From positions 32,001-96,000 of the IMG/VR virus record IMGVR_UViG_3300033076_001341: a stretch of DNA of 64,000 bases. One strand, written 5' to 3'. Positions 36,733-47,326 of this stretch are shown one piece after another. The stretch is from a virus (lineage: Duplodnaviria > Caudoviricetes). Made by a program: the position numbers and the translations under genes. How positions within the stretch are numbered: position 1 is the first letter of the stretch; the number at the start of each line of letters is the position of its first letter. The notes beneath the pieces were generated by a model. The model was not told where the DNA came from. It was given only the letters and a program-made list of their open reading frames with translations, and did not search any database.

Positions 36733-36984
36733 TTATAGTTCTGCGGGACTATCCACCAGTTCCAGGAAGGATACCTGTTCGGTCTCCGGTAAATAGTCAA
36801 TCATCAAATTGATTGCTCCGTCAACCTTGAGGATCTGGTAGAACAATTCATCCAGCGCGGTGAGGTCTTTCTCCATCATGTCCTGTTGGATCTGATTGAG
36901 AAATGCATCCTGCAAGCGGGCAAGACGAACTGCTTTGTCGTTGGCATCGATGATGCGCTGGTCACTGTTAGCTAACTCGTTCAT
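36733..36984 (-). CDS. Hypothetical protein
   Basis: 83-aa ORF coupled to the upstream gene. Confidence 0.6.
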   Translation of the reverse strand: MNELANSDQRIIDANDKAVRLARLQDAFLNQIQQDMMEKDLTALDELFYQILKVDGAINLMIDYLPETEQVSFLELVDSPAEL

Positions 36985-37612
36985 GGTGTTGTAAATTAAA
37001 ATGCTCCATCATCTGGACGATCTTCTCATAGAATTCCTGGATTGTTCCGTTGTTGTCAATGACGTAGTCAAATTCAAAGTCATCCAGGTCGTTCTCACTC
37101 GGGTGTACTTCTCCTGGAACAGGGATACTTGAGTTGTTGATACGAACGACGATCCCACCATGGCGTTTCACAGCTGCCGCTTCATTCTTAAACCGGCAAT
37201 CTGTAATCAACCAACGGGAGAGCGTCGTGTGGTAATCAGCAAACAAGGCGTTTACCCAAGCTTCCGGATGAATGCCGGTGCGGATCGCTTCAGTTCCCAG
37301 GCGTTGTAAAAACTCCCGGTACGTCATGAAGTTCCACTCCTTACCCATCTTGCGCTTCTTGAAGTCCTGGTCTTCCAGTTCTGAAATGCTTGCACCCGTC
37401 AGGATGCCGGCAATCTCTTTGAGTTTGTACGCAAACTTCTTGATCTGCCAGGCACCACTGGTTACATAACCCCGGAGGGAAACATCCAGCAGTTCGCTGG
37501 ACATCTCCTTCAGAGTGTTGTTGGTTAATGCCAGCAGAAACAATTCTGCGGCGGTGTCTTTTCCTGCACCCATCCTTCCGGAGAATGCAATCAGGTTTGG
37601 TTTAGAGTTCAT
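36968..37612 (-). CDS. Deoxynucleoside monophosphate kinase
   Basis: IAFSGRMGAGKDT P-loop, FAYKLK, REFLQRLGTE, ITDCRFKNE, HPSE. Confidence 0.85.
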   Translation of the reverse strand: MNSKPNLIAFSGRMGAGKDTAAELFLLALTNNTLKEMSSELLDVSLRGYVTSGAWQIKKFAYKLKEIAGILTGASISELEDQDFKKRKMGKEWNFMTYREFLQRLGTEAIRTGIHPEAWVNALFADYHTTLSRWLITDCRFKNEAAAVKRHGGIVVRINNSSIPVPGEVHPSENDLDDFEFDYVIDNNGTIQEFYEKIVQMMEHFNLQHHERVS

Positions 37613-38447
37613 AGTCATCGTTTTGTTCACGTAAGGTGTCCCAAGTTGGTTCTTCTTCCACGCTCACCAGTTCTTCTTCTGGTTCGCTGGTAGTCTTCGT
37701 TGCACCAGTCATTGCTACTCCTGCTTTGAGGTAGAAGAGTTCATTGAAGATCTCATAGACTTTTAGGTGGTCGGTCAACCAGGTGTTAGGGTGAGAGTTC
37801 TTCAGTGCACTGGCAATGTGGTTATACCAGTTCCAGGCGTTCTCAAAGTCAGCATGCCAGCTTACCGCAGGGTTCTTCAAACTTTTGCGCAGCTGGGTCA
37901 TCTGTACAGAATCCAGTACATCGTTCATGATGAGCTTACCAAATGTGCGCTCCATGGCGACTGTACTCATGCGGTGGTCTTTGAGGATGTCCTTGATACG
38001 CACCAGTTCGTCCCAGTACACACCTGCCTGCTTGATGCTGTCCTTGATGTGGGTGTGAATGATGTTGAGAGCATCACCGGTATGCTTGCGCACCAAGGAC
38101 TCATCCTCCTGCTGACTGATGATCAGGTTAGTCATCCCATGTTTTACCAGTGCACCCAGCGAAAACTGGAAGCGGGTGGATTTATCATAGGAGTTGATGA
38201 AGGTTGCCGACAGGATGACGTCGGGGTCCAGCTTGTAGGTGATACCGAAGTTGATAGCAACCACCGCACCGTTCACGGTACTGCGGCACTCTTCGCTTTG
38301 GATGGTAAATCCAGCTTTGTAAAGCTCCTGACGCACCAGCGTCAGAACGTGGTGGTGCGCAACAGGAGTGTATGTTTTAGTCTGTTCGGGAACAGCGGCG
38401 GATAACATGGTGTTGTAGGCGTCAATGCCGTTTAAAGCTCTTTGCAT
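37602..38447 (-). CDS. DUF932/DUF945-like phage protein
   Basis: TYTPVAH, FINSYDKS, RKHTG, NAWNWYNH motif pattern. Confidence 0.5.
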   Translation of the reverse strand: MQRALNGIDAYNTMLSAAVPEQTKTYTPVAHHHVLTLVRQELYKAGFTIQSEECRSTVNGAVVAINFGITYKLDPDVILSATFINSYDKSTRFQFSLGALVKHGMTNLIISQQEDESLVRKHTGDALNIIHTHIKDSIKQAGVYWDELVRIKDILKDHRMSTVAMERTFGKLIMNDVLDSVQMTQLRKSLKNPAVSWHADFENAWNWYNHIASALKNSHPNTWLTDHLKVYEIFNELFYLKAGVAMTGATKTTSEPEEELVSVEEEPTWDTLREQNDDYEL

Positions 38448-38456
38448 GATTGTCGG

Positions 38457-40442
38457 TTAAAATAGTTGGAATTGTAATGGTTGTGCAGTCGTCTGAGACG
38501 ATTCAATTTTCTGTATTTCCTGGTTGATTTTGTCCAGGTAATAGCTTTGGTCAATGTCAAAGTCCTCAAAGGGTTTACTCTTGGCACCGCGTGCATCGTT
38601 AAAGGCAGTAGTCATCCATTTACCGGATTCTATCTGCATCTCCCGACCGTCCGGGTGCACCTTGTAGAGTTTCATACCTTTCTTGGAAATGTAATACCGC
38701 ATCATTTTCTGAAGCGGTTCATCGTGGAAGACGCTCTCTTTGACGTAGCGTGCGTAAAGCTTCCATTCACCTTTGGTTTTCACCCCTCCGCAGTAGTCGA
38801 AGATGTTGGTGTTGCTCCGGAGATAATCTTCCGGTTTGATACCGTCAATGAAATACGCGTAGATCGCTTTGGGGATAACCGCAAAGGATTTGTTTTTGTG
38901 TAAAGCGAGGTCCTGGAATTCAAAACGACCTTTACACTTTGTTTTACCACCGATGAATTGACCGATGTAATTGTTCACATCACCAATGATGAGTTGCTTG
39001 TACTCTTCAAACTCCAGCTGAAGCGTAGTCATGGTCTCCCACTCTTTGCAGATCTCGGTGAATACACTCTCGAACTCTACGGGAATCGAAAACTCCAGAC
39101 CGTCGGTGTTCTGCATCAGCGGGATGGCATCCGGAATACGCAGCATGACCTGTTCGTATAGCATTGCCAGCAGCAGCTGACCGTTCACTGTAATCCTAAA
39201 CGTAAGTTCAGGATCGTACAGGAATGAGTGACGGTTCTTGCTCAGTCCGTAGGTAGCGTTCAGGATAATCTTGAACAGGTAGTTCAGCGCAGATCCTTTC
39301 GGATACTTCTTACGCTCTTCAAACATCCACTCGTACAGATCGCAGAACATCTCGCGGTTCAGGTGTGCCGGTGACCACTTGTTACGGATCGCCAGGTTGG
39401 GATAGAAACTGGTAACGTCCGCACTTTTGATCATGCGTCCATTGCCTTTCTTGTAGATCCCGCTGTCGATGCAACCGTGCAGTCCACCCAGACCAAAGAC
39501 AGTCTTAACGCCGCCATAGTGCATCGTGTACTTGGGACCTTTGCGTCCTTCGTCATCCAGGGCGTCTTCATCAAAGCTGATGGGTACGACCTGTGCTTTG
39601 AACCACTCATGCATCTGTTGGAACTCAGGCGTCTCAAACTTTACATACGGCAGGATGATGTCGTTAATGCGCACTTCAGATCGAAGCGTACGCATCTCCC
39701 GCAGCTCGCGCTTGGGGATACCCGTGCGTTCACTTAAGAGGTGCATGAATACTTCCTTACTGATCCGTGGCTCGCTTGCACTGTGCAAACTCAGACCATA
39801 CTGATCAGAGAGTTCTTTACGAAGCATGATCCCCTCTTTCATCGGGAACTTACCCTTGGCGTCCTTGAAGTGAAAGATTGCTTTGGTGGAGGATACGTCA
39901 TTGCGGCAATAGTCGACCAGTTCAAAGAGTGTCTTGTCATCAAGCACGGGTTTGTCGTGCGGATGAGGCATCTCCTCGACGTTCTCCCAGTCCATGGTAT
40001 ATTGTATCCACTTCAGGGAAGAACTCTTGGCAGCGTTGTCCCAGTGATTCAGACGGAAGATATCCAGGTTCTTCATCGTCAGCTTCCATTCCGGGAAGGG
40101 TGTACGCTCTCCGCTGCGTTGAGAAGAAATCACACGCTGTGCAAAGTCATGAATCTCTTTGGTGATTTTGTCAGCATCGGTTTCTTTGGCAAGCCGAGCG
40201 GCATTGCGCAGAATGTGCTCGGTAATCTGTCCGTCAAAATTGATGTTGTTAAAACCGAAGTGCCAGGAGTCTGAAGCGACGTTCTGTTGCAGAAACCCGA
40301 TCAGCTCCGGCATTTGGTTGATGTGCCGGTTGATAATGAAGGTACCCTTCTCCGCACTACCATAGTCCTCTACACATAAGATTGTGCAGTTGACGATGGT
40401 TTCATAGTCAATGACCCATTGACGTTTGTGTAATGGTTCCAT
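38457..40442 (-). CDS. Family B DNA polymerase with 3'-5' exonuclease
   Basis: Exo motifs DYET, FNNINFD, YCRNDV; polymerase motifs DVTSFYPN, KIILNATYG, NTDG. Confidence 0.92.
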   Translation of the reverse strand: MEPLHKRQWVIDYETIVNCTILCVEDYGSAEKGTFIINRHINQMPELIGFLQQNVASDSWHFGFNNINFDGQITEHILRNAARLAKETDADKITKEIHDFAQRVISSQRSGERTPFPEWKLTMKNLDIFRLNHWDNAAKSSSLKWIQYTMDWENVEEMPHPHDKPVLDDKTLFELVDYCRNDVSSTKAIFHFKDAKGKFPMKEGIMLRKELSDQYGLSLHSASEPRISKEVFMHLLSERTGIPKRELREMRTLRSEVRINDIILPYVKFETPEFQQMHEWFKAQVVPISFDEDALDDEGRKGPKYTMHYGGVKTVFGLGGLHGCIDSGIYKKGNGRMIKSADVTSFYPNLAIRNKWSPAHLNREMFCDLYEWMFEERKKYPKGSALNYLFKIILNATYGLSKNRHSFLYDPELTFRITVNGQLLLAMLYEQVMLRIPDAIPLMQNTDGLEFSIPVEFESVFTEICKEWETMTTLQLEFEEYKQLIIGDVNNYIGQFIGGKTKCKGRFEFQDLALHKNKSFAVIPKAIYAYFIDGIKPEDYLRSNTNIFDYCGGVKTKGEWKLYARYVKESVFHDEPLQKMMRYYISKKGMKLYKVHPDGREMQIESGKWMTTAFNDARGAKSKPFEDFDIDQSYYLDKINQEIQKIESSQTTAQPLQFQLF

Positions 40443-40513
40443 GTTAAGGGGATTAAAAAAGAAAAGGGGAACTTGCGATTCCCCCTCTCTCCTGGTTGGT
40501 TTTTGACAGGGGT

Positions 40514-40882
40514 TTAAGCTGTCAAAGCGTTCTTGAACTCAAAAGAGTCCGCATTAAATGCAAACCGCTCGATAAAAGCAGTTATCTCTACAGCATCCGT
40601 AATGAAATACTCATAGTAGGTCTCAAGAAGCTTACGCTCTTCAGCAAACTTGCGTCCGTTAGCACCTGGTTTTCTCAGCGGTGTAAGGTCACCGTTAGAG
40701 TCCAACTTGGGTAAGAATTGAAAGGTCTCTTTCTTTTCTTTAGATACAATTGCTAAAGCTTTCAGCTCGGTGTCGAAGATGACTTCGTTGTAAGGACAAG
40801 AAGTTTCTACGGGGATCAGTCGGAAACTGGGTTTTTCATTCCAGCTTGATGTGATCAGCATCATTGATTTTTCAGAAGACAT
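40514..40882 (-). CDS. Hypothetical protein
   Basis: 122 aa; TAGATTTG box (40908-40915, minus strand) upstream; hairpin plus T-tract downstream at ~40456-40490. Confidence 0.7.
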   Translation of the reverse strand: MSSEKSMMLITSSWNEKPSFRLIPVETSCPYNEVIFDTELKALAIVSKEKKETFQFLPKLDSNGDLTPLRKPGANGRKFAEERKLLETYYEYFITDAVEITAFIERFAFNADSFEFKNALTA

Positions 40883-40889
40883 TTTTTGG

Positions 40890-41522
40890 TTATTCTAATT
40901 GGTTGTTCAAATCTACAAAATTTCCGGGAAAATTCTCTAAGTTGTCGTCTCTTTCGCCTGTAAATGTTTCTTTTTCAATACTTGGACTCTCGCAGAGTTC
41001 TACACCTTCTCGGAGTATTTGTTCTTCCACATCCAGGATTTTAGCATACTGACTGTAGTATTTTTCCGGATACAGGAAAGACTCCATGTGTGCCCACTCA
41101 GGGGTGTGGTAACCGTAATAGGCACGGACCTTGTTCTTGAGTTTGTCACTGACCTTGGAGTACTGACCTTTCAGGACCCGTTCGACATCCTCTCGGTGAA
41201 AGCTTAGATCAAAGACAATCACGTCCACCATACGCTTGGCAGCAGTGCCGTCCAGCATCGTAAAATGTTCGGTGCTGGCAATGTGCTCGCTGAACATTTC
41301 GTGGGGATAGATTTCATCTTCGAGGAACTTCTTCCATTCAGGAGTGTCCAGGTATAAGTCAAAACTCACCATCAGCTTACAATCCTGGGGAACATAGAAG
41401 TTCTTCCAGGCGACGTAAGATTGACGGGGAGGGAACGGCATGTTCCGTTTAAAGTTGAGCAGTGGGTACAGAAAGGATTTGGACTTTTGAAAGTAACGGG
41501 TGTACAAATGATTCAGGATCAT
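40890..41522 (-). CDS. Hypothetical protein
   Basis: 210-aa ORF within the replication operon. Confidence 0.7.
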   Translation of the reverse strand: MILNHLYTRYFQKSKSFLYPLLNFKRNMPFPPRQSYVAWKNFYVPQDCKLMVSFDLYLDTPEWKKFLEDEIYPHEMFSEHIASTEHFTMLDGTAAKRMVDVIVFDLSFHREDVERVLKGQYSKVSDKLKNKVRAYYGYHTPEWAHMESFLYPEKYYSQYAKILDVEEQILREGVELCESPSIEKETFTGERDDNLENFPGNFVDLNNQLE

Positions 41523-41534
41523 AGTTGGTCAGGA

Positions 41535-42587
41535 TTAAATTTCGTAATCATCTTGGAGAGCGTACTCATAGGGAAGGTCGAAGCGTCGGTTGTCAAAGTG
41601 CCATTGACACTCATCGAGCTTTTCTTCGAGCACCTGCAGGTTCTTTGCCATAGTTTGCTCGCTTACTTTGAATGCTTTGACCTGCATGTACGGATCTACA
41701 ACGATGAAACGGAATTCAATCTTGTACCCTTTGTGTTCAACTTCAGGAAGTCCGGAGACCAGCTTGTAGTACATCGCTGCCTGGATGTTGTAATTGTACA
41801 GATCGATGCTCTCTTTGAAACGCGTGATGTCCTTAGAGGTTGTCTTGAGGTCATTGACACGAATGACCTGGTTCTCGTGGTCGAAGACAAGGTTGTCGAC
41901 GATTCCATGAATACCAAATCCAGGACGTACGTCGCTGAGACCCAGGTGGATCTCGTTGTGTTTCTTAACGCCTTCGAAAGATTGCTGGTAAGATTCGCCC
42001 ATCAGGTTCATGATGTACCCGTTTGTGCGGATCATGTGTACCATGTTAGCGACGCTCATCATCAGTTCCTGACTCACCAGGGTTTTACCCTTGGCAGACC
42101 ACATGTGGTTCCAGTACTGGTATGCCTCCGGAGTCAGCATCTTGGCAACGCGTTTCTCCTGGTCGGTAATCTTTTGATAGTATTCCGCTTCATCCATCAG
42201 CTGCAAAATCTCTTTCTTGAGGTCTTCCAGCAAGGATTGTTCGGGTTCGTCTGCACCTTCGATGGTAAAGCTTTGCTGTTCGAATAGCATGTCCAGAACG
42301 ATCTTGCCCTTACCGGACATCACGTTCTCATCTGCCAGCACGAACTGCTCACTGAACCGCTCAGGCGTCAGTAGTTGACAATGGATAAGCCTGCCTTCCA
42401 GTCCTTTGGTGTCATCAAGTTCCCGCTGCTGCAGGATGTAATGATTGTAAAACAACGTTGGACTGTATAGCAACTTATTTAATCCGCTGTACGATAGAAA
42501 GAACTTTGAACTAAAAAATTCAGCTTCTTTCTCACGCATCAGTCTCGCATCCGGTATCGTCACCGGGGTTTTCTTCAATAGTGCCAT
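41535..42587 (-). CDS. PD-(D/E)xK exonuclease (RecE/Exo VIII-like)
   Basis: LSYSGLNKL, GRLIHC, HGIVDNL...NDLKTT, YNIQAAMY. Confidence 0.8.
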   Translation of the reverse strand: MALLKKTPVTIPDARLMREKEAEFFSSKFFLSYSGLNKLLYSPTLFYNHYILQQRELDDTKGLEGRLIHCQLLTPERFSEQFVLADENVMSGKGKIVLDMLFEQQSFTIEGADEPEQSLLEDLKKEILQLMDEAEYYQKITDQEKRVAKMLTPEAYQYWNHMWSAKGKTLVSQELMMSVANMVHMIRTNGYIMNLMGESYQQSFEGVKKHNEIHLGLSDVRPGFGIHGIVDNLVFDHENQVIRVNDLKTTSKDITRFKESIDLYNYNIQAAMYYKLVSGLPEVEHKGYKIEFRFIVVDPYMQVKAFKVSEQTMAKNLQVLEEKLDECQWHFDNRRFDLPYEYALQDDYEI

Positions 42588-43014
42588 TGTGTGTTAATTC
42601 TTCTAGTGTAAAATGGTTGTCGCACATATCGTCCAGGACGGTTATGTAGACACCTGCTTGGGGTTTATTCAATGTCCAGAAGCGGTCATTGATTTTTAAA
42701 GGGACAGGGATCATCTCAAAGATGTTGTCATCTGAAATGTACCCGTGTTTGACCATCTCGTCCTGGATGGTCTGACAAGGATTGTTAAAGTCCCAGGCGT
42801 GACGGGTCGCACGTACAAAGTGCATTCCGATCACATAGGGTTTTTGTTTGCCGTGGAGCATCTTGAGAAACTCCGCTTTGTGCATCTTGAAGTACCAGGG
42901 TGTAATCTTGCGATACTTCTGTGTTGCTTTGCTGGCAATAAATCCGTTGTTCTTGGTCATCATCCGGCTGTTCTTCGACGAAGGAACACTTCCGGGTATA
43001 AACAGTAGTTTCAT
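42532..43014 (-). CDS. RusA-like Holliday junction resolvase
   Basis: VPSSKNS...DFNNPCQTIQDEMVKHGYISDDN resembles the RusA DxDN...D...GxxxDD pattern. Confidence 0.6.
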   Translation of the reverse strand: MKLLFIPGSVPSSKNSRMMTKNNGFIASKATQKYRKITPWYFKMHKAEFLKMLHGKQKPYVIGMHFVRATRHAWDFNNPCQTIQDEMVKHGYISDDNIFEMIPVPLKINDRFWTLNKPQAGVYITVLDDMCDNHFTLEELTHNGTIEENPGDDTGCETDA

Positions 43015-43019
43015 AGTTG

Positions 43020-44033
43020 TCACACTTGGGATAAAGCTTCGGTGCGACTGGCACGAAGGTTTTCAATTTGACGCATGATGATCGGCGCTACCGTGTTGCG
43101 GACTTTCATGGGTCCGTGAACCTTTACGGCATCAGCAAGGTCCTTCTCCATTTGCAACCAGGCAAAGGGGAGCTGATACTTGTCGCGGTATGCTTTCATG
43201 TTCTTGATGCCGGCAGCATCGTTGTCAAAAAGGGTAATGACGGCTTCATAACTTTCCTTCCAGATGTCAATGACTTCCGGGGAGATCATTACGTTCTCGC
43301 TGTCAGGAGCAACCACGTCCAGTTCCATCTTCATGGAGCGCAGACACATCGCGTCCTTGAGGGAAGCGCAGATAACCAGGTAAGGTTTCTTGTACGTCAT
43401 CTGATCAGAACCCTGCAGGTAGTCTTCCACTTTGAAAAACTTGCGGTCCGGGTTCATGGGTTGATAGATCTTGCGGAGCTGTCCATCGGCGGAATAATAG
43501 CCGTAGATGTGCTTGGCAGATACGGTAAATGAGGAGACGTCTCCGTCTTCATTCTTTGTCATGTTGTAGCTGGCAATAGGAACCACTCGGTAGTGTTCCA
43601 ACATATTGCTACTGATTTTGTACTGTCCCCAATACCACGCATCGTCGGTGTTCCAGGTGCGGGTCCGGATGTGATCAAATTGCCAGCGTGCTGCTGGTTT
43701 GATCTCCCGGTCTCCCTGTCCACCCTTCATCTTGAAGGCAGCGTAGTCACTGAGTACTCGCTGAGCGGCACGACCGAAGTCCAGGTTCCAAAGCTTCATG
43801 ACCAGATCCATCGCACTGCCTTTGTTCCCACTGGAGAAATCCTGAAACCAGTACTGGTTCAGCTTCAGTGAAAAGAAAATGTTCATGCTGGGATTAGAGT
43901 CCTTAGGGTTGAAGACCGACTTGATTTTGACACTCTGCCCGGTAAGGGTTTCACCAAGTCCCAGGTAGTGCTCGAAGATCCAGGCACTTGGGACGTCTTT
44001 GACGGAATCAGATAAATCTTTGCTGCAAAACAT
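43020..44033 (-). CDS. DNA primase (TOPRIM)
   Basis: N-terminal nucleic-acid-binding-like region (FQDFSSGNKGSAMDLV), SLKDAMCL, LFDNDAAG, EKDLAD. Confidence 0.75.
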   Translation of the reverse strand: MFCSKDLSDSVKDVPSAWIFEHYLGLGETLTGQSVKIKSVFNPKDSNPSMNIFFSLKLNQYWFQDFSSGNKGSAMDLVMKLWNLDFGRAAQRVLSDYAAFKMKGGQGDREIKPAARWQFDHIRTRTWNTDDAWYWGQYKISSNMLEHYRVVPIASYNMTKNEDGDVSSFTVSAKHIYGYYSADGQLRKIYQPMNPDRKFFKVEDYLQGSDQMTYKKPYLVICASLKDAMCLRSMKMELDVVAPDSENVMISPEVIDIWKESYEAVITLFDNDAAGIKNMKAYRDKYQLPFAWLQMEKDLADAVKVHGPMKVRNTVAPIIMRQIENLRASRTEALSQV

Positions 44034-44040
44034 ACGAAGA

Positions 44041-44075
44041 AAAAAAAGCAGGGATGGTATTAGCACCCCTGCTTG
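44041..44075 (-). terminator. Intrinsic terminator after the SSB-like gene
   Basis: AAGCAGGG/CCCTGCTT stem with a T-tract on the minus strand. Confidence 0.6.
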
Positions 44076-44081
44076 TATTGA

Positions 44082-44819
44082 TTAGAGATCCAGATCCGAA
44101 GCAAACGGGTTAGCAACACTTGGTGCAACAGCAGGCGTTGCTGCCATGCTTGGAGATGCACCAAATCCATCGTCACTACCGCTACCAAAACCGGCTACAG
44201 CTTCAGCAACTTTCTTCTTCTTGATGTGCAATTCAGGATTAAACATGACGAAGTTTGGATCTTCGCTGTTCAAGCTGAATGCTGTCTCACGACCTTTGGT
44301 TTTAGGGATCACCAAACGGTAGCTGGTGTACACCTTACCATCAGAAGCAACATTGTCATACTCCTCACCACCGATGGTAGCAAAGAACCAGTTGTTGCGA
44401 TCACACAAAACCACCTTGGCTTTCTCTACGTACTCCTCGATAGAGCTGGCGTTTACTTTGTCCAGCATCTCACGCTTGCCAATGTTGTCAGCAAGTTTGA
44501 TGAGGTAGCGGAACACCTGCTGCTCCTTGGGAGTCACGTTGCCGTTGTACTCGTAATCGGTGAACAAATACGGCTGCGACTTCACACGTGCTGCCTGACC
44601 AGAGTAATTACCTCTGCTTGGGTCATTCTTGTCAATTTGCAATCCCACAAATCCTTCTTCAAGAATCGGAGAAGTTTCTAACTGCAGGTGCAATTGGTAT
44701 GCTCCGTTACCGAAGCTAGGTTGCTCAAGGATTAAATCCAGCAAATGAACTTTAACGGTTCCTGGGTTGATTACTTTGGCGATTCCGCCAGTGGTCTTAA
44801 CGTCTTTTGAATTAAACAT
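44082..44819 (-). CDS. Putative single-stranded DNA-binding protein
   Basis: Located between the ATPase and primase; flexible Ala/Pro/Gly tail ending FASDLDL. Confidence 0.5.
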   Translation of the reverse strand: MFNSKDVKTTGGIAKVINPGTVKVHLLDLILEQPSFGNGAYQLHLQLETSPILEEGFVGLQIDKNDPSRGNYSGQAARVKSQPYLFTDYEYNGNVTPKEQQVFRYLIKLADNIGKREMLDKVNASSIEEYVEKAKVVLCDRNNWFFATIGGEEYDNVASDGKVYTSYRLVIPKTKGRETAFSLNSEDPNFVMFNPELHIKKKKVAEAVAGFGSGSDDGFGASPSMAATPAVAPSVANPFASDLDL

Positions 44820-44840
44820 GGTTGTTATTAATTAGGTGGT

Positions 44841-45683
44841 TTATTTTGATAATTCTACATAAATGGTTTCCCAGAAAGTTTTCAGACCTTCTTCGGTCAT
44901 CTCAGAGATTACAATCTCTTTATTACGCAAGTGCTCGGGACGTGCACCGCATGATACTTCGTCAGTGGTTTTGAATGAAAGGATGTTTTGATCACCCTTA
45001 CGATAGAGGTATCCGATTGCATCGGAGTTCGAAGAACTGATACGCTTCAGTTTACCCGTCAGGTCAAGATCCATGGCAGTAAACTCTGCACCGTTCTTCT
45101 CCAGGAGGGTATCTTTGATGTGACCAACCAAGATCACGTGCGGCGCAAGGGTCTTCACATAGTCAATCACCTTGGTAAATGCCTGACGCAACCAGGGATA
45201 ACCGGCACCGTTAGGAAGATTCAGGATGTTGCCATACTTGGGTTTACCCTCAACCGCCCAGTTCTTACCCATAGGAGTAGCACTGTAGAGTTGCTCAGCA
45301 AAAGGAATACACATTTCTTCCAATGCGGTGATGGTATCCACTGCAATAAAAGAATACGGATTACCCGCTGCTTTGATCTCGCGACCGATCTCACGGATAT
45401 CGTCAATCGAAGATGCTTTGATCTTCAATGCGTCTACGTAATCAGTACCTGATTCCAAATCCAGGATCAGACAGTTTGGTAGTTGTGCCAGCAAGCTGGT
45501 CTTACCCACTTTGGGTTTAGCGAAAATGATCAGGTTCTTGGGTGACTGTCTCACGGCTTTTACGGGAGCTGTTGGTAGGACAAACTTCTTTGCTGCCGGC
45601 GTCTCAATTGCCGGTACGGCTGCTGCGGGTGTTGCAGGTGTTGCAGTCGTCTTTGCGGTTGATTTTATTTCTGTTGTTGCCAT
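44841..45683 (-). CDS. Sak4/AAA_24-like ATPase (single-strand annealing family)
   Basis: AKPKVGKT Walker A, ILDLESG, IAVDTIT, ILVGH. Confidence 0.8.
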   Translation of the reverse strand: MATTEIKSTAKTTATPATPAAAVPAIETPAAKKFVLPTAPVKAVRQSPKNLIIFAKPKVGKTSLLAQLPNCLILDLESGTDYVDALKIKASSIDDIREIGREIKAAGNPYSFIAVDTITALEEMCIPFAEQLYSATPMGKNWAVEGKPKYGNILNLPNGAGYPWLRQAFTKVIDYVKTLAPHVILVGHIKDTLLEKNGAEFTAMDLDLTGKLKRISSSNSDAIGYLYRKGDQNILSFKTTDEVSCGARPEHLRNKEIVISEMTEEGLKTFWETIYVELSK

Positions 45684-46267
45684 TTTTGTCCTTCTTTAAT
45701 TAGGTTGTTTAACCATGATTTTTGGGAAAGCGGTACGTTGTGCGTAATGCAGTAGTAATCGCGAAGTGTCATTGTGTTGTAGTGAGCATCCACATCACCA
45801 ATTTCCTGTTCCTCACTGTCAAACGTCAGTTCACTGGGAACTGCTTCTGTTGAAGAAGAGAGGCGGGGGGTATCCCAAGGAGCGGGTGTGGAGGGAATGG
45901 CAGCACCGAGATCCACTACAAGATTCAGTGCGCTGAACGGTACGATGAAGCTCATCCCGGAGGCGCCTTCAATCGATTCATAAGCGGTGTTAAAGTCACC
46001 ACGGTGGGTCAGTTTGTACAATCGTCGCGGTGTATACAGCGGCGTGTACTCAAAGTCTACCAGCTCGATGTAAACATCACCGCGCGTCAGTTCACTGGGG
46101 AACATGCGGATGATGCGTTCGATTTTGTCTTTGGGTTTGTAACAAACCTTCTGGACATGGTAGGGTTTTACTACACCAAGTTTGGCGTAGGTGTCGCTGA
46201 AGAGTTTTTCACTCTCCGACAACAGCGATTGACGTAACTCGGGAGTTACTGTTTTTGTTGTGCTCAT
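45665..46267 (-). CDS. Hypothetical protein
   Basis: 200-aa ORF, C-terminal MTLRDY motif. Confidence 0.65.
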   Translation of the reverse strand: MSTTKTVTPELRQSLLSESEKLFSDTYAKLGVVKPYHVQKVCYKPKDKIERIIRMFPSELTRGDVYIELVDFEYTPLYTPRRLYKLTHRGDFNTAYESIEGASGMSFIVPFSALNLVVDLGAAIPSTPAPWDTPRLSSSTEAVPSELTFDSEEQEIGDVDAHYNTMTLRDYYCITHNVPLSQKSWLNNLIKEGQKWQQQK

Positions 46268-46276
46268 TTAGATTAC

Positions 46277-47266
46277 TTACTTAGAAGAAAATGTTGCTTT
46301 GCCTTTGCACGGAGGGGGTTCTGTTTCCACAATCCTCATTTTGTCAAATTGCGCTTCAAAGAAGCTCATTCGAGGGTCACCGTTACGAACTTTCAGAAAG
46401 TGCATCACAAGCGTGTTGGGCGTCATGATGTACTGGTCCGGACCATAAACAGGCAGGTGCAACTTGTAGGGACGGTTCAGTCCGATTACCATGTCTGCGT
46501 GCTGTAGCATCGCATCGGCACCGAAGATGTCCGTGTCCTTTACATAGTTGCCGGCGGTTCCTTCCTTCAAGCGGTCCTTGTCTTGGATGTCGCGGTTAAG
46601 CTGAGAGAGCACAATGAAAGTCACTGGCAGCTCTTTCTTTAGTTCAGTGAGCGCTTCACCTAAATTGTAAAGCATCTCGAATTTGTCTTTCTCCGAAGCA
46701 TTCTTACGGAAGAGTACCGAGTGGTCAATGGTGACCATCACGGGTTTGCCAATGTGTTTGCAGAAGTTGCGGACAGTTCGTTTGAACTCATCTACGGTAA
46801 CAGGTTTGTCAACCACATAGATCTGACGATTTTCATTGGCTTTGCAATAGTTGTAAGCAGCCATGATGTCTTCGTTCAAGACAGGACCGTAGATTTTGTC
46901 AGCACTGGCGATTTGTTTCATACTCTTACCCAGGTGTGCACTAAATTCTCGCATCGCCATGGTTCGACCCAGCATCTCGAACTGAAAGTCCAGGACGGCA
47001 AAGTCTTGCGTAGGATTGCGATAGTGCGCCTCGCGGGTAATCTGTGAAGTCAAAAGTGTCTTGCCGGCAGCAGGTCTCGCAGCGATCACCGTAATGGTGT
47101 TCCACTCGATGCCTCCCATACCAGCGTCATTAAATCGTTCCCAAGGAGTTTCAATTGAACGAATGATTCCCTTCTTACGGTTCACCATGTAATCCAAACC
47201 CTCTTGGTACACCTGGGATATATGCTTCCAGGGATACGCTCCACCGATCAATTTACCGTCGCTCAT
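46277..47266 (-). CDS. dnaB: DnaB-like replicative helicase (ATPase domain only)
   Basis: AARPAAGKT, FQFEM, VTIDH, LSQLNR, KVRNG. Confidence 0.85.
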   Translation of the reverse strand: MSDGKLIGGAYPWKHISQVYQEGLDYMVNRKKGIIRSIETPWERFNDAGMGGIEWNTITVIAARPAAGKTLLTSQITREAHYRNPTQDFAVLDFQFEMLGRTMAMREFSAHLGKSMKQIASADKIYGPVLNEDIMAAYNYCKANENRQIYVVDKPVTVDEFKRTVRNFCKHIGKPVMVTIDHSVLFRKNASEKDKFEMLYNLGEALTELKKELPVTFIVLSQLNRDIQDKDRLKEGTAGNYVKDTDIFGADAMLQHADMVIGLNRPYKLHLPVYGPDQYIMTPNTLVMHFLKVRNGDPRMSFFEAQFDKMRIVETEPPPCKGKATFSSK

Positions 47267-47326
47267 ATTTTATTGGGGCGGTAAATTTACTAAGTTCTAC
47301 AAAATTTTCCAACACTTCTGTAGAAT